Shown here: positions 18,101-28,981 of the stretch, piece by piece
Layout of the letters: every line of letters begins with the position of its first letter
Position numbering within the stretch: position 1 is the stretch's first letter
NCBI GenBank assembly: GCA_000934665.2
Contig: JYFJ02000159.1
Coordinates: forward strand, 1 to 64,000
Origin: Catajapyx aquilonaris
Lineage: Eukaryota
Length of the DNA stretch: 64,000 nucleotides
Reading direction: 5' to 3'
The notes under the pieces: generated by a model
The model's database searches: none
The model's input: the letters and a program-made list of their open reading frames with translations, nothing else
What the model was told of the DNA's origin: nothing
Program-made: the position numbers and the translations under genes

Positions 18101-21100
18101 ATTCTTACACTGGCCATTAAAGTCACTGGTGATTGGAATTATTTGGAGTGCGCATAATTTATCACCTGTGACTGAAATACTCGATCCCAGTTCGTGTTGA
18201 CTCCCACGAGCGACCTTTCAGGTGTGGGAATTGAGCCAAAAACATTCGAAGTAAATTATGCAAATGTGGCGGTAAGTTTGCCCTTCAGCTGCACATTTGG
18301 ACCCAGAAAATAATTGCTTTATTAGTATTGGAACTAACGCCAAGAATGAAACTTATGAACACAATGTGCCACGTTTGTAAGCAATGTTGCTCTGAGCTGG
18401 GTTTATAAACAAAGTGTTGTTTAAATTGATAAGTTAGTGTGTGAGTGATCAAAAATATTTACAAAAGAAACATGTTGACATCTAGGGAGAGTGTGGGGAA
18501 GGTTCAGGTGAACCATGTTCAGATTGTATCTGTCTTAAACCTTGCATTATTTCAAAGCTAGATAGATGTTAACATCAAGCATGTTAATTTGCATGTTATT
18601 AGATTATTTTGCACTTCAAGTATCTTAGTGGGTATCTTAGTGTTGACAATGTTAGATGAAAAAGTGGAAGGAAATTAGGACTTATGGACCTGAGTATTTC
18701 TAAAATCCATGCATGAAATCTGGAAGTTTTTTCACATAAAATTGCTACAGGAAGTGCCAGGACCAATGGAGATATTTTTTTTTACAGCAGTCAATGACGG
18801 CTGATTTTTAGAATTTCCAATTGTTCATGAAAGCAGGAATTAATGAAATTAATGTGTCCACAAATGGTTTTGTTTGTGTTAACCCATTTGTATAAACCTT
18901 GTCCAAATTTCTACTACTGTTCAGCCATTAATTTCATCAAATGTCACTGTCATTGAACAATCTGTAATTATAAAGATTTATTACCCTGCCTTTGCAGCAA
19001 AAATTGAAATAAATGTGATTCAAGTTCCTAGTGTCTCCTGTGGCAATTTTATGGAGGAAAGAATAATTGCACATTAGCGAATTTCATACATGGATATTTA
19101 CAATAATCAATATAACCAAATGCACATTAGCAAATTTTATACATGGATATTTACAATAATCAATATAACCAAATGCACATTAGCGAATTTCATACATGGA
19201 TATTTACAATAATCAATATAACCAAATGGGTTTCACTTTTCACCTATCATTAGCCTATTAGGAACCACTTCATGGCAAAAAGGATTATGAAATTTATATC
19301 ATTGTAATTCAGGGCTTGAATGATGCTCCTGTTTGGCCAAATAGATACTTATTTTAATAACACTGTGCAGTAACTGAAAGTAACTGCTTAAAATTATGCA
19401 GATTACTGCATGAAATAATCGCTAACTGAAGTGGACATCAAGTTTGATTCACCTACTATAACCATGTATACTTGCATGACATTAAAATATGTTTCTCTCC
19501 CATTTAAAAAAAGGCTGAAGCGAGACTTGCAGCAAGGAGACAGGCAAGAGCAGAAGCCAGAGAGATTAGAATGCGTGAATTAGAACGACAGCAAAAAGAG
19601 GCAGAAGAAAATGCAGATAGGCATTATGAGATGTACTCAGGTTAGTGGTGATCTTGCAGTGATTGAAATACAACTTGACTTTCATACATTCACGTCTTTT
19701 TTTGCCTTGAATTGCAGATGCTCTTAGCAGGGGAGGTCTGCGGACTGTCAGTTCGAATGCTAGATCGTCAGGTCATCTCTCAGGGTCAGCAAGTTACCAG
19801 TCCAGTCGAAGGAGTTCTGAGGACTCTACGGAAGAAGGTATCAGTGTTAGGGATATTAGGGTGAGTTCCGGGTTCTTTTTCTTTTGTCTGAACTTCTTTG
19901 TTTCCCTAGGGAGAATCTCAGTAGAGAATCCGTATCATTTGCAGCATGAGCTGAAAGAAACTGAGGAGAAATTCAGGAAAGCAATGATACAGAATGCTCA
20001 GTTAGATAATGAAAAGTCTGCTTTGACTTATCAGGTGGAACTTCTCAAAGATAAGATAGAAGATATGGAGGAACTTCACTGTCAATTGCAGGTAATTCCA
20101 TTTTTAACTGTTTTTAGCATGATTGAATTGTATTATGCTTGCTCAGGAGAATGGACATGAGACATGACAATGGGAGTAATAACTTGGAATAATTTTATTG
20201 CAATGAGCAATTTAATGCTGGTACTGTCATGTTCATTCTGTGACTGCTGGAGTAAAATATCACTGTGCACCATTGACTTTGCTTCTGTTTTGCAGAGGGA
20301 ACATAAAGAAAAATGCAGAGACTTTGATCAGTTGAAGAGGTCAACAACAAAGCTGAAAGAAGACTTGGAATATTACAAATCGCAGTTGGAAGAACGAGAT
20401 TTGTTGATAACGGTAAGTGTTGCATTCATGTGACAGTGGGCCAACATGTGCTTTATTGACATTCTAATTTTATTCCTGCAGGAGTATGGTCTAGTCATGG
20501 TGAGAATGGAAGGGTCATCAGAGAATGGTGCAGGTGACGCTGGAAAGTGTCGGAAAGCCCTTGTGTCTCAGGAAGCAGCTCAAATATTAGATCAGAGTGG
20601 AGAAGGATCTTTAGGTGAGTTGATGACATCATGTATGCAGTGACCATGAGCTGACTTTTATTAATTTTCAGATGTTAGATTAAAACGATTTGCAGAGGAA
20701 AAGAATGACCTCCTTGACCAGATTAGGAGGTTAAAGCTAGATTTGGAAGAAGAAAGAAGCAAGAACTCCAAGATAGAACGAATAACAGGGTCCTTGCCAC
20801 ATGTTAATGGACCTGACGTTGACATTTTGGAGGTTCAAAGTAAGAGAAATTACTGACTCACACACCTCCATCATGTTAGATGTTTTATATTACACAGATG
20901 GGATCATATTCCATAATTTTAACATGCAATTTGTTAATTTTTTTTTCAGGGGAGGCAAGTAAACAAGTCAGTGATTACAAGTTCAAACTCCAAAAAGCAG
21001 AGCAAGAAATAGCAACATTGCAGGCCAATGTGAGTTGAAGTAACAGTTAAATGCTCTTGACAGTTACTGACGTAAGCTTACCTTGATCATTTCAGGTTGT

Positions 21101-23025
21101 AAGATTGGAGAGCCAAGTGATTAGGTACAAGTCTTTGTCAGAGTCGTCTGAAAAATCAGAAGACGATCTCAAGGTTGAAAGAAGGAAGCTGCAAAGAGAG
21201 GTAATGTAATGTACATAGATGTTGTCTTTGAAATAGTTCACAGATGTATGTTGACAATTTGGATAAATATTCATTTGTAAAAAAAAAAGGGTTCTTACAT
21301 ATTCTCTCAGTGTACTGAAACTCACTGAGCCTGAGCAAAATAATAATGAAATTCTGGTATTCAAGTGACAGAAACAGAGTAGGCAGATTCAACAGCTAGT
21401 TTTAAAGATACTTTTTTCCTGAGCTTTGTAGCTTGTTTTCTTGTTTTATTGTACATTTCACCATTCCTGTCTTGGTAGCTAAAGGTGCTTTGGTCATGTT
21501 TTGAATGGCATATTTTGGGGCACACTGCATTTCCTGAAAGGCGTACATTATTTTTTTGCAAGTGTTCTTCACTTCTCTGTTATTGCCTACACTTGTTCCT
21601 TGTTTCTTGATGTTCGGCACCTCAGATAATGGAATTAAAGCTCCACCTACAAGAAGCAGAAAACTCGCACAATGTCCTGCAACGCCAATTTGAGCGAATC
21701 AGACACTCTCATCGGTAGTTGGGTGAAATTTAAGTATGTGCTGAGCATGTGGAATGGCTTGGTATTGGTTGCTTTTTTCCTGCTGACATGTCTGCTTAAC
21801 CGTTATTATTGAGATTTGCATGCTGTATGCTGTCTAATATTTGAATTAAAATGCTGCACAGTGTCACGTTTGTTGCATTTCGTGTTGTTTCCAGGAAATT
21901 CTGTTATGCCATTTTCAATTTACTTCTACCGTGAAGTATACTTGCTATCAGGACGACATTGCATCATGATGAGTGCTCCAGATTTATCTTCTTGGCTGAT
22001 AAAGCACCAAATTGCAACAGCCAGAGAGCTTCATTGATCTTCATTATTAGCTTGTGATATAACACATTCATCTATGCTATGGTATGCATCAACAGTTGAG
22101 GGACATTTACAAAGGATGCGGCTAGGTAATTGAAGCATGTCTCACCAATCGGCATCAAGGTCGGCTGGTGTAGATGCGGGATACTGGTGCTGCTTCTCAA
22201 CTCCAATTGGCAAATTGCAGCCTTATTTTGCTATCTGTGTCCTAATGTAAATAGGCCTTTGCACTTGCAAGGAGTATGTATGAAGTTGGAAGTCAAGGAT
22301 TTATATGAAACTATCACAGTGGGTGAACCAGGTGTTCAGAAATCATTGATGAAAGTCACTGCAAGTTTCATACAAATCCATTATTTGCAACTTCATAGGT
22401 ACTCCTTGTTAGTTCTCCCATGTAATTGATGTTTCTATAGTGTCACATGTGATATGCAATGTGTGATGATATTGAGATAGTAACTGTTGAAGCTAAGGGT
22501 ATTTTAGCCTAACTCATTAATTTTTCACTGAATGGACAGTGGCAGGACTTGTTTGATAGGATGTGGAGAGGGACCTAATCTTGGTTTGCATGGGATGAGT
22601 TCTTCACACTGACAAAACTTTTCTGGTGTTTATTAGTAATGAAGTTTTAATGGTGGTACATTTTGTATTATCTCAGTTTTAAAGAGTTAATTGCTTAGGT
22701 CTGTAATAATATGCATTAGCCTTTCTGGCCCAATGTAAAGCAGTAGACCTCACATGTAAATTAGTAGTTGCAGTTTAAACATGCAGAATTCTTGGAACTG
22801 AGCCTGAACAGTTCAGGGTTTATCTGTGATTGTACTTGAAGTTATGCACTCTAAGCAGCAGTGCTCATGTGTGCGTAGTGGAGAAGTTTTGGTAAATCTA
22901 AACTTGTGTTACAGCTTCGGGAAACCCAAACACGCCTTGAAGAAGTTGAAACTACCAATTCTCATCTACAACGAAGACTTGATAAACTGAAAAATGCCAA
23001 GTCAGCCCTCCTTAAAGACTTGTGA
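9128..23025 (+). CDS. LRRFIP2: Leucine-rich repeat flightless-interacting protein (LRRFIP1/2 homolog), canonical isoform
   Basis: Exons 9128-9247, 19514-19640, 19718-19860, 19945-20091, 20296-20412, 20482-20614, 20672-20839, 20950-21029, 21096-21200, 22915-23025. Family motifs [98 protein letters not shown]. Confidence 0.95.
12680..13426 (+). CDS. LRRFIP2: Alternative N-terminal exon pair of LRRFIP (231 aa, Ser/Arg/Gly-rich)
   Basis: ACCATGG start at 12680, exon to 13051 (GAG|GTGAGA), 54-nt intron, exon 13106-13426 ending in phase-0 GTAAGT donor compatible with the 19514 acceptor; GC-rich coding-like composition. Confidence 0.7.
16020..16517 (+). CDS. LRRFIP2: Alternative acidic N-terminal exon of LRRFIP (166 aa)
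   Basis: ACAATGG start, acidic low-complexity ORF, phase-0 GTAAGT donor at 16518 where composition switches to intron-like. Confidence 0.75.
19068..19226. repeat. Tandem repeat 3 x 53 bp
   Basis: TGCACATTAGCGAATTTCATACATGGATATTTACAATAATCAATATAACCAAA at 19068, 19121 (2 mismatches) and 19174. Confidence 0.95.
21626..21718 (+). CDS. LRRFIP2: Alternative (duplicated) terminal coding exon of LRRFIP
   Basis: CTCAG acceptor, phase 0, encodes [30 protein letters not shown], which aligns without gaps to the canonical last exon [26 protein letters not shown]. Confidence 0.75.
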   Translation: MMELKLHLQEAENSHNVLQRQFERIRHSHR

Positions 23026-26000
23026 AACCCTGCAGGAATAGCATGTTTCTAATGCCACTGTCTTCATCTCTCGGACCCAATGTCACATGGAAACATAAGG
23101 AAGAGTTTTGTGGTCATCCCTTGGTGATGATGTGTAGTCCAAAGTGATGTGTACATATTAACTTCTTTTTTTGGTCCTAATGTTATTTTGTGAATGAGAG
23201 AAACAAGGTGCAGAATGAATTGAATGCAAGATGCAGCAAATTCATGGTAGACATTCTTCCCAGATTTATAGGAGTAGGATTTATTTTTGAGTTTACAAAT
23301 TTTATTTTGTTTGGAACATCACATTATTTTCCTTTAATGACCAGATATTTATTGAAGCATTAATGACAACTAATTATGAGTAAAGGGCCTGTCAGATAGG
23401 AATGCAACATACGCCACGTTTACCATATGCCAGCCATTTTCGTGTTAAAACGTAGACACGCTGGTGTAATATGTGGTTCAAGGACTGAAGCAGCCATGTT
23501 CATCCATGGCGACAATACCAGGGAGACCTACCGAATGGAGTAGACTGTGGATAAGAGCAGGTGGAGGTCACTTGGGATAGAACCTGCCCTGTGATTGTCT
23601 TTCATCGAATGCCTGGTGCAGCCGTAAGGCGTCAGTCTGAATCAACATCCAAGTTCACAATATTTACTGCATATGGTTAATGCAATATGTGCCTCATCTG
23701 ACTGGTCCTTAAGAATGACTACTATGGTTTCTGCTCAAGTTATGACAGAAATATGCCAGTTAAGGGAAGATCACTTTTATGAACCCATTGGCTGTTATCC
23801 CCCTCAACAGTTTTAATTTATGACTGCCTGAACAACATTGATAATTTAATATTACAATCTGCAATATAACAGACTATTTGCCCTGTATGTTAACAACTAA
23901 TGGGACATATTAGGATGTGTAATGTGATCTCATGAGGATGTAATTCAGGCATTGTTGGTGCAGCACTTGTGAGGAATGAACTTGGTTTGGTAGCTGTTTT
24001 CTTCGGCCTTATTGCTACTTGTTTTAGTCGCAAATGACTAGCTGACTTTTGCTTTTGAGGAATTACCAGAGTGACATAAATTTGTTCTCTACCTCCAAAA
24101 GACTGAAATGTGAATACAGTATCTGTCATTCCTTTTGGTTGCAGATGTGCTATTTGAAGTTGGTTCTATAATCCCAAAGCTCATTTTAATGGACTTCTAA
24201 GCAAGGAATTTTATGTTTATTTTACAATATCTTGATGACTTGTAAATTCAGTACATGTGGGCCAATGTGATGTTTAGGTCCTGACTCAATCTGAAGAAAA
24301 ATTAAAATGGACTTGTGGGTTTTCAGGCCATTATTTCTTGTGATACCCTGGAAATACTTTCGTGCACTACCAAGGCAAAGTTATAACCCGGGATTTTCTG
24401 AACGTTGTAAGCGTGCAAAATTTTACTTTGCACTTGAATTTGATACTCGCAGTAGAATCACACTTTCAGTGCATGACATAGATATTGAATTGCAACAGTA
24501 TTATTGTGTTGTTGTGGAAAATCACAGTGTGCTTCAATAGCTGCAGGAGGATGTGTAGGTTATTGTGATTGCCTTAATTCATATATTGGTTTTATTATAC
24601 TTCTCAATGCAAGGAAGTAGATTGGATGTCATGCACAACATGCAATTCATTCTGTAACATTAGTCTGTACAGCCTAATGACAACGGCACGGTGTGTTCTA
24701 TATGGTAACGTAGGTGGATCGCTATTATTTTACTCGGGCATAAAGAGGATTATATTTATTTCAAGAAGACCTGATGATCGCCACAAAAACTCCTTTATTA
24801 GATCACTATACAGAGTGGTGCATATGACACAACTGGTAGACAAAGACAGAGAAGGAATGGGAGTGACGGTACTGTTCTTTATTGCAAGAATATTAAGGTG
24901 TATGCATACAGCATGTTTGGCTTGTGATGCATTTATAACACTTCAACTGCAAAATGTCACTTTCCTCATAACAAATGTGTGGTGCCAACCATTGATTCCT
25001 ATGTTGAGATTGGGTAAGGAAGAGTTGAATCTGCACTGTGTCACACGCGTGTACTAAATCATTCCCATCCATTTCTGTTAGTGCTTACTAGGTGTGAACT
25101 ATGGGCTACTTTGTACCAATACACTAGTTTATGACAACCTAACTGAACTAACACCTCTCTCTTAGTCATAATACAAGTAGGTGTATAGTTATTACTGTAC
25201 ATTGGGATGAATAATAATAATAATGTGAGCACAGACACTGTCATGACTGAAGTGCTGAGCAAGTCTGTTTTTCTTGTGTGGCACTAGACTGTATTGTACA
25301 AATCCAGAGTTGTAGTTTAGTCCTCACTGAATTTCAGTTTGCTAATTTATCAGGGAATGCCAGTAGCAAATGTGTCAAGGAGTGCAGCCATATCAGACCT
25401 TGAAGATGGAGATTAATGCTGTGAAATCTTTAACAATATATTTCGCTCTAACTGGTGAAATTGGGCGAATGTAAGGAGGTAATTTTTGGCCTGGAGCGCT
25501 AATGCTCACTTACTCATTTTAGAGAGCAGACAAGTGCCATAATGCAAAAGCTCCTTTGAGACCTCTGGTGACATTCTTATACTACCAATATATGGGGTGT
25601 TTCTGAAGGCAATACAGAACCTGCCAGTGACTTACAACAGTGTGGATGTAATTCTTTGCTGGGTTTGGAAACATCCTGTGTCCATGTTCTCACATGCGGA
25701 CAATCTTTCAAGGGCATCCGATAGAGTTTATCATGTGTGCCTACAATCAATTGAAGACTGCTAATACATAGTTTTCTATGTTAATAAATTAAGATGTGCA
25801 TCAGGCAAAAAAAAAAGTAATCAAGAGAACGATACATGTAACATGAAAGGCACAGGCATTCACAAGAAGTTACATTGACAAACTTCCCAAGCCGTATCCC
25901 TACATGTGTGCCAGTGAAATGTCAATGATGTGTTCAGGTTGTCTGTTCATGGTCCTCATGAGGGAAGAACTAATTTCCCTTTCAAAAATACAAAAATGGT

Positions 26001-27263
26001 GAATAATTGTGTCTTGGTAACCTTTTTTATACTTGGGTGCTGATGTTGGTAACATCATAAATGTCTGTGTAATAGGATTGTTGCAAGGTGTAAGCAAACA
26101 TTGCTTTCATAAAAGTTTATAACATAAATGCAGTGTGTTTTATTCGGCATGTTTTAGGCACCAATCCTGTCACTTTTCCACCAACTCATGGTACGTAATG
26201 CTGTAGTCAATTTATTGTGCTATGACAGTTCTTTTGATACAGCAGGCCTTCTACAAGTCAGACTTGCCCAAGTTGAAGTTCTATAGAATGATGGAATTGG
26301 TTGATGACAATGTCAAGTAACAGGGCATAAACTTTCCTAACTACGTAGAAAGGGTTGCATTGATTTGATTTATAAACTGATATTATGGCTAGCTTATGGT
26401 GGAATGTTGCTTCATTTCTGGGCCTCGAAGCTTACTTTTGCACTTGTACAGTACACGCTGGCATCAGTATTGAGAAAGAGAATCAGCACCTGCCAATGCA
26501 TGACACACTTGTACTCCCATCTACTTACCTAACATTCCAGATGTCATCTACCTTACAAATGAGCCTATCACAGTTCATTTTAAAGTGAAGTGGAGTGATG
26601 GGAGTCACTACTTGCAGGTGCAGAACTGAAGTGGGAACTGTCAGCACTGTGCATAATTGAATACAGTTGCACAGTTAAGATTGAAAATCTGTGGTTGTAC
26701 ATGGATTTAATAATGATGTAGTGCTTCATGGTATGTTTGCATGATTAGGAAATCGATTTAAAAGCATTTTCTTGAACTTGCCATGCATGTGCATAAAATA
26801 CACGTGGCATTGTCATGTATTTCACATGATTGCATCAAATTTTATATGTATACATTTTGTTGGACCCCTGCAGGTAAAAATGATAGAAGGTCTAGTCAGC
26901 CTACATAATGGCCATGACCTATTGATGGGTAATGGGCAACTTAAAAAATTGTCAGTAATTGAAATGGATATGTTACTCTCTCTCAAATCAAGGTAAAACT
27001 CTTATGTTCCTGTCCAATGCATGTGGTTTGTGCCTGAGTAATATTCCTGAAGCAGGATGTAAAATATCAGTATCAGGTCTGGGGAAGCAGTACTACTTAT
27101 CTGACCACATAGTGTATAGCACAGTGGTATGTATGGAAGCCAATGATTGCATGCCAGTCCTCATTTACAGGCAACTGATAATTTCAATGTCAGATAAACT
27201 GGTCATAATATGAATTCTGTTTTGATTTTGTGATGCTGAGGTATCAATCATCCTGTGTATATT

Positions 27264-27521
27264 TGAGGGGTGTGGTGGAAAAAGGTGATAACTGATAACC
27301 CACAAAAGTAATTTTCCAGGAGAGCGAATTTAAGTTAGCACTATATTCACAAACCATAGGGAATCTGGGGTTTGAGCTACTCCGTGTTGCTGTCTCGTGC
27401 ATGATACGTGAACTTGGAATATACCCAACTGTTTGTCATGTCTTTCACATAGACTTTGCTAGGTGTACAAATCAAAAATGACAAAAATAAGGGTTATCAC
27501 TTTTTTCCATCACACCCTTCA
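27264..27521. mobile_element. Mariner-type MITE
   Basis: ~28-bp imperfect TIRs GAGGGGTGTGGTGGAAAAAGGTGATAAC / GTTATCACTTTTTTCCATCACACCCTTC. Confidence 0.75.
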
Positions 27522-27711
27522 TTAGTTCTAATAGTTGATACCATATTATGGACAAAGCAATAATTTATAGTAATTTTATAATTATTGTACAATATTACAT
27601 ATTACTACAGTATTATACTATAAATTATAACTTTTATTATATGACTATTATACAGTACAATGATATTTATTAATATATCATGGGAAAATGTTGTGACTAA
27701 ATGCATATACT

Positions 27712-27990
27712 GGGGGGGAGGCACGGTGGCCGAGATGGCAATGTCTCGGCTTGCTATGCGAAAGGTCCCAGGTTCTAATCCCCACCTGGGAGAAAACCCT
27801 TCGCTTGCGTCAATGGGTCGTGACCTGCGCCTAAGGAGGCATCTTGGCAACCTGACCTCCTGGGGGACTGCACCTGGCCCATCGCTGGACAATGCACCTG
27901 CACATGTCACATGTGTCCCCTCCCCAAATCCCCCTACCCTTACCCAATTTCCTAGTATTCCTTGCACCGGTGATCAAAGAAAAATAATAC
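27712..27990 (+). mobile_element. tRNA-derived SINE (Ala-like head)
   Basis: A box TGGCCGAGATGG (27727), B box GGTTCTAATCC (27771); body matches a second copy at 33900-34136 on the minus strand. Confidence 0.85.
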
Positions 27991-28114
27991 AAGTTGAAAA
28001 CTGTACTGTATGGTGGTCTGCCACCCCCCTATAACCACCAAGTAGTTGTATCACGAGGTAAATTTTTTTAAAAAATGCATAATATACTGTATATTATACT
28101 GTATTACTATTATA

Positions 28115-28420
28115 CATTGCACTCCCGATTATCCGGATGCAGATTATCCGTGCATGGCTAAAAGAAATGAAAGTCCGAAAAAATGTCTTTTTTTCCTCGC
28201 AAACAAAGAAATACTATAACAGACTTTTTCCATAATACAAACTAAGAACTAATTTAGATTAAATCTGATATAAAGCAGAATACAGTATGTAGGCCTACGT
28301 ATGTACAATCTGTTCATTTAAAACACTGAATATGTTCTGTAGCTCATTTTGCGGTAACCATTTTCCGATTATCCGGCGACATCCGTGCAGCCATTAGCCC
28401 GGATAATCGGGAGTACAGTG
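28115..28420. mobile_element. Tc1/mariner (pogo-like) MITE
   Basis: TA-flanked TIRs CATTGCACTCCCGATTATCCGG / CCGGATAATCGGGAGTACAGTG; partial second copy at 45209-45462. Confidence 0.85.
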
Positions 28421-28519
28421 TATTAATATATTACATTACATAATTATGTATAATATAATATATATTTATATGTAGTAACGTGTACAGGCTATTAATATAG
28501 GAAACTTCACATTCAAACC

Positions 28520-28981
28520 CGCCGCCAGTCACGTGACCCGCACTGATTTGAGCCCAATTCAACCTCAATGCACCACAACAAATTGCGACCAACAAATCAT
28601 TAAATCTAACCCGTAATTAAAATTCGACATTAAATTGCAAAAAAAACATCTTTTTTTCTCTCTCCAGCAGGTGTGCCACCCAATAACAGCCAAGCACCGC
28701 CGTGTTCTATCCAATCCCAAGCATGCAGAACTTGTACTTGATCGTGTAAACACTCCGCCACGTTATGCTCCCGAAGTGTGAGTGCGCATGCCCGTGACCG
28801 CCGCTCGAACCCTGCTGGTACGCATGCGCTGTGATCTACCTGCGCATGTGCTGTTCTGCGCTCCCTCTCTCTCTCATCCCCTCTCTCTCTCTCTCTCTCG
28901 TCCGTCTCTCTCTTCCTTCCGCGACCCTTTGCCGCGTGGCCATCTGGCGTCACACCGCCGCGTGGAATGCATCGCGTGGAG
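28520..28981 (+). promoter_or_regulatory. Vigilin promoter and probable non-coding exon 1
   Basis: Palindromic E-box GTCACGTGAC (28528-28537), three NRF1/Ewg-like GCGCATG motifs (28783-28850), pyrimidine tract TCTCTCTTCCTTCC (TCT/TOP-like) near 28906-28920, donor GAG|GTCAGT at 28982. Confidence 0.55.

Noticed and set aside
19068..19226. Repeat array as CRISPR
   Set aside because: Head-to-tail 53-bp units with no spacers, in a eukaryotic intron.
24228..24298. C/D-like boxes in LRRFIP 3' region
   Set aside because: Only a 3-bp terminal stem, no recognisable rRNA/snRNA complement, not intronic.
25262..27240. Hidden gene between LRRFIP and vigilin
   Set aside because: Only short ORFs without a consistent exon chain on either strand.
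27712..27790. tRNA gene
   Set aside because: Has A/B boxes but no proper cloverleaf and continues into a body shared with a second dispersed copy; it is a SINE.
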